From Eledone cirrhosa (taxonomy: Eukaryota): a DNA stretch of 64,000 bases. Of this stretch, positions 54,601 to 64,000 are shown in pieces. Position numbers and translations under genes: made by a program. Positions within the stretch are counted from its first letter, which is position 1, and each line of letters starts with the position of its first letter. The stretch spans positions 247,132,001-247,196,000 of the forward strand of contig OZ024741.1 in NCBI GenBank assembly GCA_964016885.1. The letters are read 5' to 3'. The notes beneath the pieces were generated by a model. That model saw nothing but the letters and a program-made list of their open reading frames with translations. It did no database searches and had not been told where the DNA came from.

Positions 54601-57600
54601 TCCCCTTGGACGGCTGGAAATTATCTCCCCTTGGAAGGATGGAAATTATCTCCCCTTGGACGGCTGAAAATTATCTACCCCTGATTTTTTTTACAAATTA
54701 TCTCCCCCTGATTTTTTTTACAAATTATCTCCCCCTGATTTTTTTTACAAATTATCTACCCCTGATTTTTTCTACAAATTATCTCCCCCTGATTTTTTTT
54801 ACAAATTATCTCCCCCTGATTTTTTTTTTACAAATTATCTCCCCCTGATTTTTTTACAAATTATCTCCCCTTGATTTTTTTTTACAAATTATCTCCCCCT
54901 GATTTTTTTACAAATTATCTCCCCTTGGCTGGCTGGAAATTATCTCCCCTTGGAGGCTGGAACTTATCTCCCCTTGGACGGCTAGAAATTACCTCTCCTT
55001 GGACGGCTGGAAAATATGTCTCCTTGGACGGCTGGATATTATCTCCCCTTGGACGGCTGGAAATTATCTCCCCTTGGACGGCTGGAAATTATCTCCGCTT
55101 GGATGGCTAGATATTACCTCCCCTTGGACGGCTGGAAATTATCTCCCCTTGATTTTTTTTACAAATTATCTCCCCCTGATTTTTTTTTACAAATTATCTC
55201 CCCCTGATTTTTTTTTACAAATTATCTCCCCCTGATTTTTGTTTACAAATTATCTCCGCCGGATTTTTTTAAAAAAATTATCTCCCCTTGGACGGCTGGA
55301 AATTATCTCCCCTTGGACGGCTAGAAATTACCTCCTTGGACGGCTGAAAATTATCTCCCCTTGGACGGCTGGAAATTATCTCCCCTTGATTTTTTTACAA
55401 ATTATCTCCCCCTGATTTTTTTTTTACAAATTATCTCCCCCTGATTTTTTTTACAAATTATCTACCCCTGATTTTTTTTACAAATTATCTCCCCCTGATT
55501 TTTTTTACAAATTATCTCCCCTGATTTTTTTTTACAAATTATCTCCCCCTGATTTTTTTACAAATTATCTCCCCCTGATTTTTTTTACAAATTATCTCCG
55601 CCTGATTTTTTTAAATATTATCTCTCCTTGGCTGGCGGGAAATTATCTCCCCTTGGACGGCTGGAAATTATCTCCCCTTGGAAGGATGGAAATTATCTCC
55701 CCTTGGACGGCTGGAAATTATCTACCCCTGATTTTTTTTACAAATTATCTCCCCCTGATTTTTTTACAAATTATCTCCCCCTGATTTTTTTTACAAATTA
55801 TCTCCGCCTGATTTTTTTAAATGTTATCTCTCCTTGGCTGGCGGGAAATTATCTCCCCTTGGACGGCTGGAAATTATCTCCCCTTGGAAGGATGGAAATT
55901 ATCTCCCCTTGGACGGCTGGAAATTATCTACCCCTGATTTTTTTTACAAATTATCTCCCCCTGATTTTTTTTACAAATTATCTCCCCCTGATTTTTTTTT
56001 ACAAATTATCTACCCCTGATTTTTTTACAAATTATCTCCCCTTGGCTGGCTGGAAATTATCTCCCCTTGGACGGCTAGAAATTACCTCTCCTTGGACGGC
56101 TGAAAATTATCTCCCCTTGGACGGCTGGAAATTATCTCCACTTGATTTTTTTACAAATTATCTCCCCCTGATTTTTTTTTTACAAATTATCTCCCCCTGA
56201 TTTTTTTTACAAATTATCTACCCCTGATTTTTTTTACAAATTATCTCCCCTTGATTTTTTTTACAAATTATCTCCCCCTGATTTTTTTTACAAATTATCT
56301 CCCCCTGATTTTTTTTTACAAATTATCTCCCCCTGATTTTTGTTTACAAATTATCTCCGCCTGATTTTTTTAAAAAAATTATCTCCCCTTGGACGGCTGG
56401 AAATTATCTCCCCTTGGACGGCTAGAAATTACCTCTCCTTGGACGGCTGAAAATTATCTCCCCTTGGACGGCTGGAAATTATCTCCCCTTGATTTTTTTA
56501 CAAATTATCTCCGCCTGATTTTTTTTTTACAAATTATCTCCCCCTGATTTTTTTTTACAAATTATCTCCCCCTGATTTTTTTTTACAAATTATCTCCCCC
56601 TGATTTTTTTTTACAAATTATCTCCCCCTAATTTTTTTTTACAAATTATCTCCCCCTAATTTTTTTACAAATTATCTCCCCTTGGCTGGCTGGAAATTAT
56701 CTCCCCTTGGAGGCTGGAACTTATCTCCCCTTGGACGGCTAGAAATTACGTCTCCTTGGACGGCTGGAAAATATGTCTCCTTGGACGGCTGGATATTATC
56801 TCCCCTTGGACGGCTGGAAATTATCTCCCCTTGGACGGCTGGAAATTATCTCCCCTTGGATGGCTAGATATTACCTCCCCTTGGACGGCTGGAAATTATC
56901 TCCCCTTGATTTTTTTTACAAATTATCTCCCCCTGATTTTTTTTTACAAATTATCTCCCCCTGATTTTTTTTTACAAATTATCTCCCCCTGATTTTTGTT
57001 TACAAATTATCTCCGCCTGATTTTTTTAAAAAAATTATCTCCCCTTGGACGGCTGGAAATTATCTCCCCTTGGACGGCTAGAAATTACCTCTCCTTGGAC
57101 GGCTGAAAATTATCTCCCCTTGGACGGCTGGAAATTATCTCCCCTTGATTTTTTTACAAATTATCTCCCCCTGATTTTTTTTTACAAATTATCTCCCCCT
57201 GATTTTTTTTTACAAATTATCTACCCCTGATTTTTTTTTACAAATTATCTCCCCCTGATTTTTTTTACAAATTATCTCCCCCTGATTTTTTTTTACAAAT
57301 TATCTTCCCCTGATTTTTTTACAAATTATCTCCCCCTGATTTTTTTTACAAATTATCTCCGCCTGATTTTTTTAAATATTATCTCTCCTTGGCTGGCGGG
57401 AAATTATCTCCCCTTGGACGGCTGGAAATTATCTCCCCTTGGAAGGATGGAAATTATCTCCCCTTGGACGGCTGGAAATTATCTACCCCTGATTTTTTTT
57501 ATAAATTATCTCCCCCTGATTTTTTTACAAATTATCTCCCCCTGATTTTTTTTACAAATTATCTCCGCCTGATTTTTTTAAATGTTATCTCTCCTTGGCT

Positions 57601-59465
57601 GGCGGGAAATTATCTCCCCTTGGACGGCTGGAAATTATCTCCCCTTGGAAGGATGGAAATTATCTCCCCTTGGAGGGCTGAAAATTATCTACCCCTGATT
57701 TTTTTTACAAATTATCTCCCCCTGATTTTTTTTACAAATTATCTCCCCCTGATTTTTTTTTACAAATTATCTACCCCTGATTTTTTTTACAAATTATCTC
57801 CCCCTGATTTTTTTACAAATTATCTCCCCCTGATTTTTTTTTACAAATTATCTCCCCCTGATTTTTTTACAAATTATCTCCCCCTGATTTTTTTTACAAA
57901 TTATCTCCGCCTGATTTTTTTAAATATTATCTCTCCTTGGCTGGCGGGAAATTATCTCCCCTTGGACGGCTGGAAATTATCTCCCTTTGGAAGGATGGAA
58001 ATTATCTCCCCTTGGACGGCTGGAAATTATCTACCCCTGATTTTTTTTACAAATTATCTCCCCCTGATTTTTTTACAAATTATCTCCCCCTGATTTTTTT
58101 TACAAATTATCTCCGCCTGATTTTTTTAAATGTTATCTCTCCTTGGCTGGCGGGAAATTATCTCCCCTTGGACGGCTGGAAATTATCTCCCCTTGGAAGG
58201 ATGGAAATTATCTCCCCTTGGACGGCTGAAAATTATCTACCCCTGATTTTTTTTACAAATTATCTCCCCCTGATTTTTTTTACAAATTATCTACCCCTGA
58301 TTTTTTCTACAAATTATCTCCCCCTGATTTTTTTTACAAATTATCTCCCCCTGATTTTTTTTTTACAAATTATCTCCCCCTGATTTTTTTACAAATTATC
58401 TCCCCCTGATTTTTTTTTTACAAATTATCTCCCCCTGATTTTTTTACAAATTATCTCCCCTTGGCTGGCTGGAAATTATCTCCCCTTGGAGGCTGGAACT
58501 TATCTCCCCTTAGACGGCTAGAAATTACCTCTCCTTGGACGGCTGGAAAATATGTCTCCTTGGACGGCTGGATATTATCTCCCCTTGGACGGCTGGAAAT
58601 TATCTCCCCTTGGACGGCTGGAAATTATCTCCCCTTGGATGGCTAGATATTACCTCCCCTTGGACGGCTGGAAATTATCTACCCTTGATTTTTTTTACAA
58701 ATTATCTCCCTCTGATTTTTTTTTACAAATTATCTCCCCCTGATTTTTTTTTACAAATTATCTACCCCTGATTTTTGTTTACAAATTATCTCCGCCTGAT
58801 TTTTTTAAAAAAATTATCTCCCCTTGGACGGCTGGAAATTATCTCCCCTTGGACGGCTAGAAATTACCTCCTTGGACGGCTGAAAATTATCTCCCCTTGG
58901 ACGGCTGGAAATTATCTCCCCTTGATTTTTTTACAAATTATCTCCCCCTGATTTTTTTTTACAAATTATCTCCCCCTGATTTTTTTTTACAAATTATCTA
59001 CCCCTGATTTTTTTTTACAAATTATCTCCTCCTGATTTTTTTTACAAATTATCTCCCCTGATTTTTTTTTACAAATTATCTCCCCCTGATTTTTTTACAA
59101 ATTATCTCCCCCTGATTTTTTTTACAAATTATCTCCGCCTGATTTTTTTAAATATTATCTCTCCTTGGCTGGCGGGAAATTATCTCCCCTTGGACGGCTG
59201 GAAATTATCTCCCCTTGGAAGGATGGAAATTATCTCCCCTTGGACGGCTGGAAATTATCTACCCCTGATTTTTTTTACAAATTATCTCCCCCTGATTTTT
59301 TTACAAATTATCTCCCCCTGATTTTTTTTACAAATTATCTCCGCCTGATTTTTTTAAATGTTATCTCTCCTTGGCTGGCGGGAAATTATCTCCCCTTGGA
59401 CGGCTGGAAATTATCTCCCCTTGGAAGGATGGAAATTATCTCCCCTTGGACGGCTGGAAATTATC
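47670..59465 (+). repeat. Tandem duplication, unit about 5.92 kb
   Basis: 47873/53794, 50761/56682, 51468/57389, 52540/58461 and 53244/59165 differ by 5921 (5922 in part of the unit). Private shared variants include AAAATTCTCT, CTCCGCCGGA, the CTCCACTTGA junction and CTCCCTTTGGAAGG. Confidence 0.92.
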
Positions 59466-62400
59466 TACCCCTGATTTTTTTTACAAATTATCTCCCCCTG
59501 ATTTTTTTTACAAATTATCTCCCCCTGATTTTTTTTTACAAATTATCTACCCCTGATTTTTTTACAAATTATCTCCCCTTGGCTGGCTGGAAATTATCTC
59601 CCCTTGGACGGCTAGAAATTACCTCTCCTTGGACGGCTGAAAATTATCTCCCCTTGGACGGCTGGAAATTATCTCCCCTTGATTTTTTTACAAATTATCT
59701 CCCCCTGATTTTTTTTTTACAAATTATCTCCCCCTGATTTTTTTTTACAAATTATCTACCCCTGATTTTTTTTACAAATTATCTCCCCTTGATTTTTTTT
59801 ACAAATTATCTCCCCCTGATTTTTTTTTACAAATTATCTCCCCCTGATTTTTTTTTACAAATTATCTCCCCCTGATTTTTGTTTACAAATTATCTCCGCC
59901 TGATTTTTTTAAAAAAATTATCTCCCCTTGGACGGCTGGAAATTATCTCCCCTTGGACGGCTAGAAATTACCTCTCCTTGGACGGCTGAAAATTATCTCC
60001 CCTTGGACGGCTGGAAATTATCTCCCCTTGATTTTTTTACAAATTATCTCCCCCTGATTTTTTTTTTACAAATTATCTCCCCCTGATTTTTTTTTACAAA
60101 TTATCTACCCCTGATTTTTTTTTACAAATTATCTCACCCTGATTTTTTTTTACAAATTATCTCCCCCTGATTTTTTTTTACAAATTATCTCCCCCTGATT
60201 TTTTTACAAATTATCTCCCCCTGATTTTTTTTACAAATTATCTCCGCCTGATTTTTTTAAATATTATCTCTCCTTGGCTGGCGGGAAATTATCTCCCCTT
60301 GGACGGCTGGAAATTATCTCCCCTTGGAAGGATGGAAATTATCTCCCCTTGGACGGCTGGAAATTATCTCCCCTTGGAAGGATGGAAATTATCTCCCCTT
60401 GGACGGCTGGAAATTATCTACCCCTGATTTTTTTTACAAATTATCTCCCCCTGATTTTTTTACAAATTATCTCCGCCTGATTTTTTTAAATGTTATCTCT
60501 CCTTGGCTGGCGGGAAATTATCTCCCCTTGGACGGCTGGAAATTATCTCCCCTTGGAAGGATGGAAATTATCTCCCCTTGGACGGCTGAAAATTATCTAC
60601 CCCTGATTTTTTTTACAAATTATCTCCCCCTGATTTTTTTTACAAATTATCTCCCCCTGATTTTTTTTACAAATTATCTACCCCTGATTTTTTTTACAAA
60701 TTATCTCCCCCTGAATTTTTTTACAAATTATCTCCCCCTGATTTTTTTTTACAAATTATCTCCCCCTGATTTTTTTTTTACAAATTATCTCCCCCTGATT
60801 TTTTTACAAATTATCTCCCCCTGATTTTTTTTACAATCTCCGCCTGATTTTTTAAAAAATTATCTTCCCTTGGCTGGCGGGAAATTATCTCCCCTTGGAC
60901 GGCTGGAAATTATCTCCCCTTGGAAGGATGGAAATTATCTCCCCTTGGACGGCTGGAAATTATCTCCCCTTGCACGGCTGGAAATTATAGCCCCTTGGAG
61001 GGCTGGAAATTATCTCCCCTTGATATTTTTTACAAATTATCTCCCCCTGATTTTTTTTTCAAATTATCTCCCCCTGATTTTTTTTACAAATTATCTCCCC
61101 CCTGATTTTTTTACAAATTATCTCCCCTTGGCTGGCTGGAAATTATCTCCCCTTGGAGGCTGGAACTTATCTCCCCTTGGACGGCTAGAAATTACCTCTC
61201 CTTGGACGGCTGGAAAATATGTCTCCTTGGACGGCTGGATATTATCTCCCCTTGGACGGCTGGAAATTATCTCCCCTTGGACGGCTGGAAATTATCTACC
61301 CCTGATTTTTTTTACAAATTATCTCCCCCTGATTTTTTTACAAATTATCTCCCCCTGATTTTTTTTACAAATTATCTCCGCCTGATTTTTTTAAATGTTA
61401 TCTCTCCTTGGCTGGCGGGAAATTATCTCCCCTTGGACGGCTGGAAATTATCTCCCCTTGGAAGGATGGAAATTATCTCCCCTTGGACGGCTGAAAATTA
61501 TCTACCCCTGATTTTTTTTACAAATTATCTCCCCCTGATTTTTTTTACAAATTATCTACCCCTGATTTTTTCTACAAATTATCTCCCCCTGATTTTTTTT
61601 ACAAATTATCTCCCCCTCATTTTTTTTTTACAAATTATCTCCCCCTGATTTTTTTACAAATTATCTCCCCCTGATTTTTTTTTTACAAATTATCTCCCCC
61701 TGATTTTTTTACAAATTATCTCCCCTTGGCTGGCTGGAAATTATCTCCCCTTGGAGGCTGGAACTTATCTCCCCTTAGACGGCTAGAAATTACCTCTCCT
61801 TGGACGGCTGGAAAATATGTCTCCTTGGACGGCTGGATATTATCTCCCCTTGGACGGCTGGAAATTATCTCCCCTTGGACGGCTGGAAATTATCTCCCCT
61901 TGGATGGCTAGATATTACCTCCCCTTGGACGGCTGGAAATTATCTCCCCTTGATTTTTTTTACAAATTATCTCCCTCTGATTTTTTTTTACAAATTATCT
62001 CCCCCTGATTTTTTTTTACAAATTATCTCCCCCTGATTTTTGTTTACAAATTATCTCCGCCTGATTTTTTTAAAAAAATTATCTCCCCTTGGACGGCTGG
62101 AAATTATCTCCCCTTGGACGGCTAGAAATTACCTCCTTGGACGGCTGAAAATTATCTCCCCTTGGACGGCTGGAAATTATCTCCCCTTGATTTTTTTACA
62201 AATTATCTCCCCCTGATTTTTTTTTACAAATTATCTCCCCCTGATTTTTTTTTACAAATTATCTACCCCTGATTTTTTTTTACAAATTATCTCCTCCTGA
62301 TTTTTTTTACAAATTATCTCCCCTGATTTTTTTTTACAAATTATCTCCCCCTGATTTTTTTACAAATTATCTCCCCCTGATTTTTTTTACAAATTATCTC

Positions 62401-64000
62401 CGCCTGATTTTTTTAAATATTATCTCTCCTTGGCTGGCGGGAAATTATCTCCCCTTGGACGGCTGGAAATTATCTCCCCTTGGAAGGATGGAAATTATCT
62501 CCCCTTGGACGGCTGGAAATTATCTACCCCTGATTTTTTTTACAAATTATCTCCCCCTGATTTTTTTACAAATTATCTCCCCCTGATTTTTTTTACAAAT
62601 TATCTCCGCCTGATTTTTTTAAATGTTATCTCTCCTTGGCTGGCGGGAAATTATCTCCCCTTGGACGGCTGGAAATTATCTCCCCTTGGAAGGATGGAAA
62701 TTATCTCCCCTTGGACGGCTGGAAATTATCTACCCCTGATTTTTTTTACAAATTATCTCCCCCTGATTTTTTTTACAAATTATCTCCCCCTGATTTTTTT
62801 TACAAATTATCTACCCCTGATTTTTTTACAAATTATCTCCCCTTGGCTGGCTGGAAATTATCTCCCCTTGGACGGCTAGAAATTACCTCTCCTTGGACGG
62901 CTGAAAATTATCTCCCCTTGGACGGCTGGAAATTATCTCCCCTTGATTTTTTTACAAATTATCTCCCCCTGATTTTTTTTTTACAAATTATCTCCCCCTG
63001 ATTTTTTTTTACAAATTATCTACCCCTGATTTTTTTTACAAATTATCTCCCCTTGATTTTTTTTACAAATTATCTCCCCCTGATTTTTTTTTACAAATTA
63101 TCTCCCCCTGATTTTTTTTTACAAATTATCTCCCCCTGATTTTTGTTTACAAATTATCTCCGCCTGATTTTTTTAAAAAAATTATCTCCCCTTGGACGGC
63201 TGGAAATTATCTCCCCTTGGACGGCTAGAAATTACCTCTCCTTGGACGGCTGAAAATTATCTCCCCTTGGACGGCTGGAAATTATCTCCCCTTGATTTTT
63301 TTACAAATTATCTCCCCCTGATTTTTTTTTTACAAATTATCTCCCCCTGATTTTTTTTTACAAATTATCTACCCCTGATTTTTTTTTACAAATTATCTCG
63401 CCCTGATTTTTTTTTACAAATTATCTCCCCCTGATTTTTTTTTACAAATTATCTCCCCCTGATTTTTTTACAAATTATCTCCCCCTGATTTTTTTTACAA
63501 ATTATCTCCGCCTGATTTTTTTAAATATTATCTCTCCTTGGCTGGCGGGAAATTATCTCCCCTTGGACGGCTGGAAATTATCTCCCCTTGGAAGGATGGA
63601 AATTATCTCCCCTTGGACGGCTGGAAATTATCTCCCCTTGGAAGGATGGAAATTATCTCCCCTTGGACGGCTGGAAATTATCTACCCCTGATTTTTTTTA
63701 CAAATTATCTCCCCCTGATTTTTTTACAAATTATCTCCCCCTGATTTTTTTAAATGTTATCTCTCCTTGGCTGGCGGGAAATTATCTCCCCTTGGACGGC
63801 TGGAAATTATCTCCCCTTGGAAGGATGGAAATTATCTCCCCTTGGACGGCTGAAAATTATCTACCCCTGATTTTTTTTACAAATTATCTCCCCCTGATTT
63901 TTTTTACAAATTATCTCCCCCTGATTTTTTTTACAAATTATCTACCCCTGATTTTTTTTACAAATTATCTCCCCCTGAATTTTTTTACAAATTATCTCCC
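59120..64000 (+). repeat. Long-range direct copy of about 6270-11147 (offset 52,853 bp), truncated by the window end
   Basis: 6312/59165, 7421/60274, 8017/60870, 8873/61726, 9577/62430 and 10685/63538 all differ by 52853. Confidence 0.92.

Larger units (their letters stand above)
1..64000. repeat. Complex two-monomer satellite DNA array with higher-order structure, extending beyond both window ends
   Basis: The core AAATTATCTCCCC or a close variant recurs every 24-29 bp in one orientation from base 1 to base 64000, giving about 2,400 monomers by length. I saw no non-repeat interruption or inversion. Confidence 0.99.

Noticed and set aside
23-63744. Numerous plus-strand ORFs of 60-234 aa with repeats such as LDGWKLSPLGRLEIISPWTAGNYLP and IFFTNYLPL
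   Set aside because: They are translations of the satellite. The plain 25-bp monomer has no stop codon, starts are mostly TTG, the ORFs overlap in all three frames, and poly-T length changes shift frames freely. I saw no recognisable domain.
1-64000. CRISPR-like repeat-spacer appearance
   Set aside because: There are only two recurring 9-13 bp linkers rather than unique spacers of about 30-40 bp, the core is too short, and there are no cas genes or leader.
1-64000. G-quadruplex or i-motif potential from the C4-5 runs
   Set aside because: There is only one long run per monomer, with loops of about 21-24 nt, far beyond canonical G3+N1-7 motifs.
1-64000. Pure sequencing or assembly artefact
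   Set aside because: Hierarchically shared SNPs and homopolymer lengths between distant blocks indicate a real evolutionary history. Individual near-perfect duplications still need read validation.

Overview
The whole 64 kb window is one uninterrupted, head-to-tail tandem repeat (satellite DNA). I found no genes, RNA genes, transposon remnants or unique sequence. It is built from two monomers sharing the core AAATTATCTCCCC(Y)TG. The 'G' monomer is 25 bp and 52% GC (TTGGACGGCTGGAAATTATCTCCCC). The 'T' monomer is 26-29 bp and about 30% GC (CTGA-T7-10-ACAAATTATCTCCCC). They occur in alternating runs made of a small set of ordered cassettes (here alpha, beta, gamma, delta) with junction-specific variants. 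These cassettes form higher-order repeats amplified by nested, near-identical tandem duplications of about 1.66, 2.63, 3.26, 3.6, 5.92 and 7.67 kb, and by long-range copies at offsets of about 28.5, 36.2 and 52.9 kb. A more diverged, probably older segment lies at about 17.6-20.1 kb. All listed ORFs are by-products of the repeat. The most likely identity (inference) is a eukaryotic heterochromatic, centromeric or subtelomeric satellite. I do not recognise the family or the organism.
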